DNA of 51,777 bases, the filler included, from Sphacelaria rigidula (taxonomy: Eukaryota), in NCBI GenBank assembly GCA_964200075.2. It is 3 parts of 3 records of this genome, joined end to end, with 100 filler letters (N's around TTAATTAATTAA, not from the genome) between each part and the next. Parts side by side here need not be neighbours in the genome. Positions count along the whole stretch, not along the records: positions 1 to 17,194 come from CAXNAA020001147.1; positions 17,295 to 34,486 come from CAXNAA020001148.1; 1 more part is not named here. The stretch is one strand, 5' to 3'. Shown here one piece after another: positions 12,397 through 24,700 of this stretch. The notes under the pieces are model-generated. The model was not told the DNA's origin, did not search any database, and saw only the letters and a list, made by a program, of their open reading frames with translations. The translations under genes and the position numbers were made by a program. Positions within the stretch are counted from its first letter, which is position 1. Each line of letters begins with the position of its first letter.

Positions 12397-15300
12397 ATGC
12401 CGCCCTACCTGGGCGCACTCATCGGCATGGCTCTCGGCATTCCGGTCATGATCTTCGTGGGTTTAGAACTGTGGAAAAATCTACAAGCCAACCGGCAAGC
12501 CAGGAAAGAGCGGCAACATCAGGAAGCTATAGAACAGGTACGATGTTTTGCTCTTTACGTTGCGGGTGACGGAGTTGTGTAGTCGCAGACATCGGAGTTG
12601 CGTTGGTGGAGTACATGAGCCTGCTGAAGTATCCAAGCAGCTGCGGAAAAAGGGATAGCAGTGCTTCGCGAGTGTTTTAAGGATGGGATGCCGCCTTCAG
12701 GGGACCCTCTCTGACGACATAGCCGAGGCGTGCTTTGTTGCTTTGGTTTCACTGCTGGCCATTCTTTGCCGCACACACCATCTGTTCTTGTTTCGTCTTG
12801 TGGGCAACTATGTTGTGATCATCATTTTTTACTTTTTGCCCTCGCTGCTATTGCCGCCGATCTCTCCGTACCTCTGCAGCAAACGTACGGTTGCATCCAG
12901 CCACAAGTGCTGAACTCGTTCGTCGTTTTTCCGGTCAGGGTGAACAAGTGAGTCGAACATTTCTCCGGACGCCGGATTTTGTCATGCCCTACTCTTTTCT
13001 GTGCGCAATTTTGAGTCGAATTTTGTGTTTACCTATACTAGCAGACAGTGGGCAATCTTCGAACGAGCTGGAACCAGTTCTGGCGTCTCTTTTAGTCCCG
13101 ACGGTTACTTCGAGGGTGGATAAGGGGTGTTGCCCCCTCCCCATGAAATGCGATACGACTGCCCGCGGTTTTGTTTTCGTTGCCGCTGTCGTCTCACGCG
13201 TTCTCATCGACATCGCATTGCTGAATTGATCGTGCAGACGAGGGTGCGAAGCATCGTCGTGGGTGGAAATTGGGGAGCAAGGGGTTGTGGCCAACCTCTG
13301 TGCAGCTGTGAAGGTCACTGGGGCTCCCGACACAGAGGGCCCTCTACGACGTCTATGCGGTAAGCTAGATAAGACGCAAGATGGGCCAGTACCAACTGTA
13401 GGTGATCAAGTTCCCGTCACAGCAGCAGCTTCTTGTTTTTATTCCTCGTTTTTTTCAGATCGGTCAGTAAGCGCCGTGAAGAAACGGAGGTTTCACCATT
13501 TTCCCTTGTTTTCTCCTCAGTGAAGTGAGCGCGATGCGGACTACGTAACTCGACAACAACCGCTGATTTTCCGAGCTGACGCGAATACTGATCCTCCCTG
13601 CAAAAAAACGAAAACGGACGTTGTGCACCTGGGCGCAAAATACTGTTCTCCCTTTCGGCACAAGAAAACGATACGTTGGAATCGGGTGATGATCCCGTGT
13701 CTCGAAGTCATTCCACAAAATAGGAGATCCTTATCTTCTCCGAAACGACCGGTTGACGGAGCTTGGGCAGGGCACAAAAATGGAAAGTGCCCCGGCCCCG
13801 GCCCGTGCCGCCCCCCCCCCCCCCCGGCCATTTTTTCGTGCTAAAACTTACATGACCGCGATGTGAGGCGCTCGTGGACACTCCTCTTCTCACCCCGCTC
13901 GCCGTTCCAATGTGTTTGATGACCGTGTTTGATTCCATGCAATTCCTCTTCAGAGGCAACGTTCAAGCAAGATTTAAAAATTATTGTATATTGCGGAGGA
14001 GGGACAGCCGGACCTACGGGGCTGGCGGTTGGTGTGGGACGTGAGGGTGAGCATTAAAAACAATCATGCAAAGTTGCGCTGCGATCGGGGTGGATTGCAG
14101 GGTAGACCCGCTACAGTCGTAATCCTGTGTGATACACCAGAAAGTACAGTGATGCAACAGCAAAAAAACGTACAAAAGTGATCTGAAGACACAGTTGTTT
14201 TACGTAGGAAATCTAGTGTTTTTGAAGCGAATGGCGTAAACGACCTGGCAAAACAATCGAGGCGGGCATACACGGGAGAAAATCCTTCCTTGTACACATG
14301 TTGCGAGGTGCTGGCGAGTTTTCTCCCAGTGTTTTTTTCCGTCAAAATATGTAGCATATGACAACGATGCGGTACAATCTCAACGTCCATAGGCTAATGC
14401 CAAAACACTATAAGAAATGTTCCGACGTCATCCTTTAAGGGCACTATGTAGCTGCCGACATTTTCATTTCGCTGTGCACTCTACACTCTAACCAACAGCC
14501 CGGAATAAGTACTACCTCTACACTACTGCTTTGTGGGTTATTTTCACCACCAGCTGTGAGCCTGCAACTTCCGCAACTACATAAACTGCAATGTCCAGCT
14601 GCAACACGTTATGTTGTGTCTTCACTCGATACAGAGCCGCAACGAGGCGGTATCCCCGGTATGAACTGTCGCTAGGAATAAAGCCGTGAAAGCCAAGCTG
14701 GTTTGAGTCAATGCGGGTTCATGGTTGAGGACTTCGCATTCTGAAAAGGGCGGTGTGTGTTTGTGTGTTGAGTTTTGCGTCGCGTGCTTTTGCCTTGTTA
14801 ATTAGAGAACGAACCCACCGTTTCTGGTCCGGCAAAGGGGAAGGCAGGGAGCATCTTGAAACTTGAATATTTGAGCTTCATTGAAAGAAACCCGGAGATC
14901 AAGGTGGGCATTCTGTGTACCTCGCATCCCCAGGTGCACATCCGTACAAGTCATTTGCACTCTCACGTTACTTTTCATGCCGGACGAAAACGTGGCAGAG
15001 AAAATGAATCACTTGTGTACGGTATGGATGCGGAAGGCTATCACGTTCGCCGATGTATCAAATCATGGAGAAATCCTTCCGTGGTGGGAGGATTGCGTGA
15101 CCCTTTCGTAGGAAATGCGACAGGGATGACCTGGTGAGCATACGACACCGTACGCACACCCATTTCGGTGTTGACAATATTTCGGCTTGTGGTCATGTGG
15201 TCGAGGTTACGGCATTGTCAGCCAGACCAGTACTGATTCGAGTGTGGGTTTTTCTCCTGAGCAACGGCCTCGGGCCGGACGGGGGGACAACTTCGTCGTG

Positions 15301-16699
15301 GCTGTTTTGCCACTTCTCGCCTGTTTGAAATGCAAACAAGTGAAATATAGGGGGGAATTACAGATTTGATTCGTCAACTTTAATTTGCGGAGACGACGTC
15401 CCTTGTGAATTTGTTTTTACGATACACATCCCAAGAGTTCGTGCCTTTCATGAGGCGTTTAGTTCGGCGACTGTTTTTTCTTTCCTTGCCACACTCTAAC
15501 CCCCCCCTTCCCTTCCCCTCCTCGTCACGAGACCGTGATCTCAAGGGATCAACCCATCTCTCCCCGGTACGCGCCTTGCATTGTGGTCTCGCGGATTGGA
15601 TCATGACCGACACTCCCTCACCGCGCCAACTCTCGTTAAACAAACGCAGTCACCTACTACGTTTTTAGTGTGCAGCTGCGTGATTCATAATCTTCATCAT
15701 TCAGACGATGTCCCTTTTCGATCGTAGCGCTGTCGCGTTTCACGTACCCCTCTTCGACCGTCATTTCTGTCCTATGTCGAAGCTCATATGGCGTTGCCTT
15801 TTACCACTGCCACACTAAACAACGACTGCAATCGCAGGTGGGTTCCGATCTCTCTTGCTTCTCGTCGTGCCGCTGTAACGTTTATTTTCGCCATCTCGCC
15901 CGTTGTCGCCACGAAAAGTGATGAGCCACTACTCCTCGATCGATGTTGCGTTCACGTGCCTGCATACTAGGGTTCGGACCTTTTTTGGCAAGTGCTGTGG
16001 CGCACTCGATACACGATGCGATTCGGCTCGGGATCAGGGTGTCTTGAGCGTTGCTGGTTGGCTGGAAAATGGTTTGGATGGTTCCAGAGAGTACTCCTGG
16101 AAGTGTAGGCAAAACTGGTACAGGTAGTACTCCATTTTGTCGCTTGAATGGGGGTTGCTTGTTTCTGGTCTAGTGCGTATACGCTTTAGCTTGTGTCGTT
16201 GAGTGTATTTTGTTTTAGTCTGACGTACGCTGATTGTGAACTGCCCGTCTTGGTGGGATGGAAACTGAACTTTGTGTATGTGATATTTCGTGCAGTCGCA
16301 GAAGTATGCACAGTGGACAGTTTAGCACAGGATCTTACGCTTGACGTGGTTGCAGTGGAAGCAAACAGCAGGAAGCAAATGAGACACATGTAGTCTGCCG
16401 TTACACCGCTTACAGCGCTTCGCTGGTAGATGAAGTTTTGCCGCGTTCTCTTTGCTGCATGATCTGTATGCCGCAGACCCGGGTACGAACGCACTCTATC
16501 GTTGAAGTGCCTGGCAGCTGTCTCTTGTGCTGAACGTCTGTGCACCAAGTGCTCAACGTTCCCGCTGCAATTCAGGAACATACGGATGTCCGTGTACAGC
16601 ACTGCAAATGATGATCAAGAAACTCCCATTTTCCGAGTCGCGGAACGACGGTGGCTAACGACCGCAGCCGCGATAGCGAGCGTGGTTGGTTTGTTCTGA
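12397..16699 (+). CDS. Probable multi-exon gene, unknown protein with N-terminal hydrophobic anchor
   Basis: Exon 12397-12537 (MPPYLGALIGMALGIPVMIFVGLELWKNLQANRQARKERQHQEAIEQ|gtacga) joins in phase to 12880-12947 (|gtgagt) and 13238-13359 (|gtaagc). Further AG/GT-bounded, mutually in-phase candidates lie at about 14933-15133, 15971-16123 and 16477-16699 (stop). I could not resolve the link between 13359 and 14933. Confidence 0.5.
13461..13858. mobile_element. Possible MITE-like insertion
   Basis: Ends CGGTCAGTAAG ... CTTACATGACCG form an inverted repeat with a 1-nt indel. Flanks AGAT/CGAT could be a degraded 4-bp TSD. Confidence 0.35.
15490..15655 (-). mobile_element. Partial copy (3' body) of the tRNA-derived SINE at 29592-29976
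   Basis: AGGGATCAACCC...CTCCCCGGT.C.CGCCTTGCATT.TGGTCTCGCGGATT.G.TCATGAC is shared with 29661-29815. This copy lacks the 29693-29768 insert, so it shows the empty site. Confidence 0.75.
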
Positions 16700-17194
16700 A
16701 GAGCATCATTAGCGCCATGTGCGTAGCATCAGCGGCACGCTTGGATCGCTCTTGAAGTAGCGTTCTTGGACGTCCGTCGAAGTTTCTCTGCTTTTCATCC
16801 CATGGCAAGGCTCATAACCTGTTGCATGTTTCAGATGGTTCACCTCTCGACGTGTTCGCTATTTTATGGCTGAGATCTCATCCGTGGCGGGCGATATTCG
16901 GGACAAGTGCCCTTGGGGACACGAATGCAGGTAACTCGTTGTGTTTGCTCGATGCTGAAAGAGTTGTGCTCAACGTTTATCGCTTTGCGTTCAAGTCGGG
17001 AAAAAAAACAGATTGAAACGCCGCAGAGGGGGGGGTACTGCTCGTTTAAGCCTCCTGCGAACGACTGACGCCCAAGTACGTCCTTAAGAACGAGAAGATG
17101 AGCGTTGCTCATGTTGTATCCCTCTACCTTTTCACGAGTGATGCTACGGCAGGGGTACAGAAATAATTTCTGAGGTTAGAGTTGTTAGGAGCCC

Positions 17195-17294
17195 NNNNNN
17201 NNNNNNNNNNNNNNNNNNNNNNNNNNNNNNNNNNNNNNTTAATTAATTAANNNNNNNNNNNNNNNNNNNNNNNNNNNNNNNNNNNNNNNNNNNN
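17195..17294. other. Artificial contig linker (N44-TTAATTAATTAA-N44)
   Basis: All-frame stop linker flanked by 44 N on each side. Confidence 0.97.
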
Positions 17295-17373
17295 GTCTAC
17301 CTTGCGTCTGAGCGCTCCTTTTTCCCTTATTTCGATCATGTCTCTTACTTTTGCCTTGTACCCCGAGGGTGGC

Positions 17374-18318
17374 GGGGGGGCGTACTCATTTGTTGCCTTC
17401 GTTGTTTTGCCATTGACCACGCATCACTTTCGAAACGGAGCAGCGTACAGTGTGCAAAACGTTACAACGACCGGGACACCCCCTACCCGCCGCTCTCGTG
17501 CACAAGGCAACAGCCGCTACGGAAAACTGAACGGTGGCGAGGGGACGAGGGGGACTGCCAGCTGATGAGAAAATGAAATGCTTCTCAATAGGTGACATAT
17601 GCGAAACGCTGCATGACTATCACACCGAAATTACGGCACCGTACACGGTCGAACCGGCGGTACCAACGAACCTCCGTGATTGCTATCCCGCTAAACAAAA
17701 ACATATGGTGGTACTGCAGTACGAGTTACCTGCAACGTGAGCAAGTCGTGGTGAGCCTTCTCCCATGCCTCCAGGTTGTTCCCGTTCACCTCCTGTCGAC
17801 GGTTTCAAGTTTCAAGTTCGGGAAGGAACAGAGCGAAACGGCACAAATTAGACTGGCAAGGATGACTTCAAGGAAAACAAGAAAATAGGACAGGTGGGGG
17901 CACAACACCGAAATGAAACGCATAACAGTACAGCATGTCGAGAGCAAACAAGAGACGACAAGCATGCAGCTAAAACAGTCCCGCAGTTACCCAATACCGT
18001 CTCCGGAAGCACAGGGCTTGCCCTTCCGTTCGCACGTCCTAGGCGCGTAGTTTTCCCCTTACATGTTACACCTCCACGCTTTCAAACGGCGTACTACGAG
18101 TATACCGCCGAAAGTCTTGTATATACTTGGCATTAGGTATGCCATGGACGAGGTAATGCCGCGGGCCTTTGCTCAATCTAAGCGGTGACACTCTCACCTT
18201 GGTTGAGAACATGTGCCTCAGGGTCTCTACCCTTACAGACAGGTGCGTGTTCACCTGTCAAGATATGAAGCAAATTCAACACGCAACAAGAGTGTCGAAG
18301 GGGACGGGGGGGGGGGGC
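17374..18318. mobile_element. G-run-anchored structured non-coding repeat, long copy (right boundary uncertain, 18058-18318)
   Basis: Starts GGGGGGG-CGTACTCATTTGTTGC...CCATTGACCACGCATC.CTTTCGA.ACGGAG, as in the copies at 29693-29770 and 50107-50174. Many hairpins at 18004-18259. The next long G-run is at about 18306-18318. Confidence 0.65.
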
Positions 18319-18785
18319 GCGAAAATCATGGAACCACTCACATTGAAGTAGCCGATATTTCTGGACACACGCAAATCGCCGAAGGGACTACCTCGTTCGC
18401 AGACGCCATGACTCACGACCACGACAAAAAGCATTTGGCCTTGAGCTTGAGATCAACTGGCGACCAAAAGCACTACACACTACCCCTCGCACGATGCTCG
18501 CAACGAAACATGCGAGATTAGGACAATCCTCTGGAAAGCAATCGGACCACAACGTCGCCAGCCCGTCGCCGGTATGGTGTATTTCCGCGCCGAGCGACAA
18601 GGTGTGACACCCATAACAAACAGAGCAACGTCAGGTGGCCGAATGTGGCTTTCCCACAGCGTCGACCGAACATTGCAGATCGCATATGTTCGCAGGAAAT
18701 GTCAACAGACGCGTGCTAGCGGGCAAACACACAGTTCCAACAGTGGAAGTAGAGATCAAAATTGAGAAAGGAATCAGAGCCTAAC

Positions 18786-21700
18786 CTGCGAGCGGGCGCT
18801 GTTGGAGCGCTTCATTTCCTGCACGATTTGCATCTGGAATTTTTGGATTTTTTGCCGGTGGGACTCCGCGAAGGCTTGCTCGTTGGCGGGCAGGCATAGA
18901 TCGCACCAGGAGAACAATCTGTCTAAAAGTTCACGGAACTCTGCAAACGGAAAATGAACACGCGCACAAACATATACGACAGGGCAACACACAGAGCAGA
19001 TCACATCAGCTTAGACCAGATCAGATCGGATCAGGGGAGAGCAAAAATAATGACTCGACACACAGCCAGCCCAGCAAAAAGAGGGAAAATATGGACAAAA
19101 AAAAGGGAGACAACAAGGTAACCAAAGCCAAGCGCCAGTGAACAAGCGCATGTAAGCGAATGAGCACACGGGATGACGACAACTTTCACAGTTTACAATT
19201 TAGACATCACTCGTCCAAGCATTCAACACAGGCTGGCGTACAATTGTTGTTGTTGCTGTTGTTAACTGTTGTGTTGTTTTCACATTAAAAACCGTTTCGA
19301 TATCTGCGCTGTACATTCGTACTAGGCATCTGATGCGGACGCCTTCCGTGGTCACAGGGTAGCAAAAAAACAAAAAAAGCAAAATAGACCCAGATTAAAA
19401 CTCACAAAACGCGATACAATACGTACACAGAAGGCAGGGTAACAGAGGTGGGGCATGACACTCATAGCAGTCAACCCATGGAACACTCGACGCTTCGTTT
19501 CATCGCGCGTAGTCGGACACGACCGTACGCAGGCTACCGATTTTGTTTGAGTGATTGTTTCCCCCTATTTTGCATGGATGCATGTATGCATGGGCCATGG
19601 CTACGTCAACATGAATACTATACGCCCGGCTGAATTCGCTGCGGATCGGTCGATGAACGACAAGCAAAAAAGAAAGGCGCCTAGTCTAGTAAAGGTACAC
19701 CTTCGTGTTTCCCCCTGAAAAATAGATAATTGACAACTTCACAGAATTAGGAAAACGCACCACGAACACCATTTTCGCTAAGAACCACTCAGGCACAACA
19801 ATTCGGGATACGTGCTGCACCCGTGCGTCGGAAAAATAAGGAAGGAAACACATTTTCTCGCCTCGTACGACCATGCAGACAAAAATAGTGCTCGTCGACG
19901 GGAAGCCCCCGTCACCCTAGTTCGGTCAGATTTCGATAGGTACATCTTACTCTTGTCATTCGTTTCATGAAATAAATGTTCTGGACTCCTAGGCGGGTGC
20001 GGACTGACCAAAGTGCTCAACGTACTCTGGACGTGCGCTGAGGCGACCTAGAGTTTTGGTCGTATATCTATGGTTGATTTTTCGAACAAACTAACAATTA
20101 CCCCAACCCCGACCCCAAACCCAAGGCGAACGAGACCCTCGGGCAAGGATCGTGAGCTACCCAGCCCCGGCGGAGCAGCAACTGTGGCACCCGCAGGAAC
20201 GAATCATCACCGGCTTGATGGCTTTTTATAAAACACAACGACCAACCCCGGCGTGTCTTTTTCGGAAACATCATCATAAGTCCATCCGCTCCGCGGCGCA
20301 ATAAACTAGTACGCGTTTCCGGGGTAAAGATGTGACAGTTTCGATGTTGGTTTCGCCGATCTTTCCGTATGTATGAGACGGGGACGTGTACGCTTTTCTC
20401 GTGCCAAGCACATGGTGACATGGCACAGCACCATGCTGTCGAGGGAGAGCGCGCCCGTTAGTGTTGAAATGGAGGGCGCACTGTTCGTGAGAAACCTTGG
20501 GCTGCACTGCAAATTGATGACAACCTGCATGGCAACGTTAGTTCCACCGTAAGTATTTGCGCTATCATGAGTGATCGCATAGTACAGCACAGGCATGAAC
20601 TAGCAGCTACGATTAGGGACCCGCACAACCTAGTGCCGCTGGAATAGTCTTATGGTTGTCCATTGCGGATTAAAGTACCCCGCCCGGGTGCGTGAGTGAT
20701 ATATCTGTCCATCTAACCAAGGGGTCGACCCACTAATTCTGGACGCCGACACCTCCCGGTGTATAAGGGCGCGCCAGCCGAGGTCACACGGAAGGAAGGT
20801 CACACACAAGTCTTTTTTTCTCCCTCCACCTTCTGAGGTGCTTACCTTCATTTTTGTGGAGAGAAGAGTACGGACGTCCATTTTCCTCTCCTAAAATTGA
20901 ACCGAATGTTGCTTACTTACGAAATAAGCGCTTTCCACTGACTGTTGCGCATATAAGGAATGAGACCCTCTTTTACGGCAGGCACGAATCTCGATGTTTT
21001 CGAGTACCGGAGGAACAAGAATCGGGGAACGTTTTGTATGGACGCGGATTTCGACCAAATCGGGAGCGAGATAATCGGGGGGTCACTCTGTCGGAACAAT
21101 TTCCCCCGATTTTTTTCTAAAACGAACGCTACTGTACTCTCCTAGCTGTTGTCGCTGTACTCGAGAGGTGATGTACGGCACTGCACTACTGAACTCTGGT
21201 CGCGCACTGTTTGTTCTCTGTTCTCGCAATACCGGCTGTGCCATCATGTACTACCACACGGCATCATCATGTACTGTACTGATGTAGTGTCGTGGACTGT
21301 ATTACCCTAGGGTACCAAGGTACGACAGTGTACTGTTCGGCTTCATGCACTAGTACGCAGTACCACACTCACGCAGAAAATGACCGTCTGCGTACAGAAT
21401 CGTTTCACAAGTCTGTGATACTGTACTGTCTGTGCCACAAAACGGTCCCCCCGATTTGGAGTCCACGAATTTGAGTCCTCCCGATTTTTCCAAAATCGAG
21501 GTCCCAAAAAAGTCGAGATTCGTTGCCATAAAAGTGGATACGAGCTGGTCCAGCTGTAAAGAGAACATTTTCCGAGAACACCACAACTTGTCAGGTTTAC
21601 CGAATCAGTGCGACTGGAGCATCTCGCTGTGAACTGCAGACCAATCTCGTCACATGCAGTACCGCCGCTGCTCCGTTGGCGCAGTTTTGATGATGTTTTT

Positions 21701-24700
21701 GTACTGCATTGAGTATTGGGTAGTACCAAAAAGGTCGCGTGATAGCGTGCTTGGAGACGTTTCGTTTCACAGAATGCGGTGGAATCACGATGCACAGTTG
21801 AGCCGCACAGGCAGGCAACCACCGGATTGTACTGTCTGTACTGCTGCAAGATGGCTTCAAGGTGATGTACATTTTGGGGGCGTGTGGCAAGCACCTCAAG
21901 GTATCGCCAGGTCCGGTCTGATTCAATGTGGGGAAAGTCTTGAGTTTTGAGTTTAGGGGCTTATTCTAGAAAGGTAGCCGTTCGTGTTGTTCCCCATGAA
22001 AAATGTGTTATGTTGGACTGAAATTAGATGAACGAGAAAACGCGCCACGAACACTATTTTCGCTCGGAATCATTCAGGTACATCAATTGAGGATATGTGC
22101 CGCCCCCGCCCCTCAAGAAGAAAGAAGAAAAAACACATGGGTGTGCCTCATCCAGCCATGCGCAGAAAAAAAATGCCCGTCGACCGGAAACCGCCTTTCC
22201 CTACTTCGCTCAGATTTTGACAGGTACATTTTGCGCCGTCGTTATTTTTCCTGAAAAATCGACAGCCGACCCCAACTGTTCAAGGCAGGTGCGGACTAAC
22301 TACAGTGTCCTGGGTCGTCTGCGCGTGCGCTACCCAACCCCTCAGCAGCAGCCACGATGACATTCGCAGAAAAGATTAATGCCGTTTTCTTGACCGTACA
22401 TGAAACACAGCTACCAAACCCGGCATGTCTTTTTCGGAAATTTATCGTGGGTCTATCCGCTCGGCCGTACAGTAAACTAGTCTGCGTTTATGGGGTGAGG
22501 ATGTGGCGGTTTTTTGTTGTCTTGTTTTGCGACTCTCCAACAAACATATGAACGCTTCTCTCGTGTCAAGCACATCGTGAATTTGCCCAGCAGTAGTGCA
22601 TCCTGCATTCTGCCGAGGGAGAGCGCGCGCGTTGTTGTAATGGAGGACGCTCTTCGTGGAAAGTTTCAGTAGTAGTAGCAACAGTATAGACCACGCTCCC
22701 TGTGCAAAAAATTTCATCTCTCTCGATATTCCGATGATACAAGTATACCCGACGTTGGTCGACCTGGCGGATCAGTCTAAAATCTCGAAAACCTCTTGAC
22801 GATTATGCGATGAGTTCAGTCCTCGGTGAAGTCACACAAACTTTTTTTTTCTTTTCATACGAGCTGGCCAAGCTGTGAGGATAACGAAACAGCGGAAAGG
22901 GCCGGCAGGCGGTAATTCGAAGATTTAGGCGCTGAAAATTTGACACGACGTTTTTATCACCAGTCCGGACAGGACTAGNNNNNNNNNNTGTACACTTGAA
23001 AAAAATAATAGTAATCAAGAAGTTAGAGCGACTTGAAGTTTACACGAAAACAGGAAAATCGCCATGACTCCGTGTTGAATTAAAAGTAACGAATGTACGT
23101 TCAACCAGGTGGGCAATCACGTCCCGGGCACTCCTGCAAAATTTCAGCCCATAACTCGTGGAATTGGGCTTGGATGAGGAGTTCTCGTGTGACAGGGCTG
23201 CGCCCCCGTGCCCCAGAGGTCCAACTGGTAAATATCCGATTCCAATTGCACAGGTCACGAGTTCCAATCTCGACATGACCACATGATTCTTTTTTCCACC
23301 CGCAAGCTGCTGCCTCTGCTTCCTGCTTAGTTTCAAAGTGTCTCGACCATTTCTCGACGCTCTTGGCTCTGGTGGCAGTATAGCGCAGTCGCAGGCGGTA
23401 CTTCCACAAACTACGGGTATATTTTACTCTAGGCTCGGTGGTTCTCTCCCATGATAGAGATGTTGATGACCTCACCGATCACGAATACTGACCACTGGAG
23501 ACGTCAAAAACTCACCGTCCACGAGCACCAGTAGCTCGTGTGAAATCTCGTAAATCTCTCCCGTCTGAAAGCTGTTCAGCCCAAAGCCCGAACGCATGGC
23601 AAGTAGGCGCGAGACACGAACACACAGAAAAACATACGCGCGCGCCAGAAGCATAAGGGAAGGACTTGTACCAGGTAAAGATGGCGAAAAACGGGTCGTT
23701 AATCTGATGAGGAGACAGCGCCAAGGAGACAGAGCGTAGTTGCGGGGGAGCTGCATGTGGGAATTTGACATAAATCACGTGGTCGGGATACCGCGAATAA
23801 GCGCCAGATGCGGACCTAGCCACTGCAGCGCAGCAGGAGGAACGGCGACGGTTATATCTGCAGTTGCAACGTTGAACGTGCCCTACATGATACAGCAGAT
23901 ATATCACACCCCCGGAGACTACGAATATAATAATAGCTCAAACACCACTCATTGCGTTGATTGGGTCCCCCTAGTAACCCTCCACCTTAGTTTGGCAGAA
24001 GGATCTCATACAAGGGACAACGAGGGGCTCGGCTGTACAGCACTGGTGACAGCAAAATGACAACTCGCTCGAGAACATGCCGTTCACAGCGAAGTGGGGT
24101 ACAACAGTACGCCTTACTTCTTCTCGCCCCGCTCTGTATCCTCTATTCTCTCTTCGTTCATTTGGCAACTTTGTGTTGCTCCGCCATCACCCGCCATCAC
24201 CCACCACATCTACACTCATGCGCTGACAGAAACGAGCGATTTTACTAGAGGCGAACACTAGGCTCTCACTTGTTCTGTCTGTTGATTGTGTTGTTGAAGA
24301 ACTCGAACACCTCCAGAGCAACGAAACCAAAAACGCCGGGGACATGGTGGCAGCGCCGAAGGTCAACACACGGGCGGAAAAAAAAAACGTGGGTTTGTCT
24401 AGGTTGGCTGCCAGTACCCGCTGATCGTCAACCCAGCCGCGAAACGAGCTCGATCGCTGCATGAACGGTTTCACCGCTACTCTTGATCGCGCACTTGTTT
24501 GACGCACAGGAATGCACATATTCTCAGGACATGCAGCCCTACAAGGCTACGAGAACGCAAGCATCGGTAAAGTGAAACGAAAAGTGCAAGCAACGGCTGG
24601 CTGAAAGCAAGAAAAGTGCGGGGGAATCATAAAAACTGGACATATCGAATATACTTCGAAGCACACCCATATATATATATATATATATATATTTGTGAAA

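Noticed and set aside
17555-17640. Hammerhead ribozyme core (CTGATGA...GAAA) in the G-run element
   Set aside because: I could not build stems I and III around any following GAAA, so the motif is probably chance.
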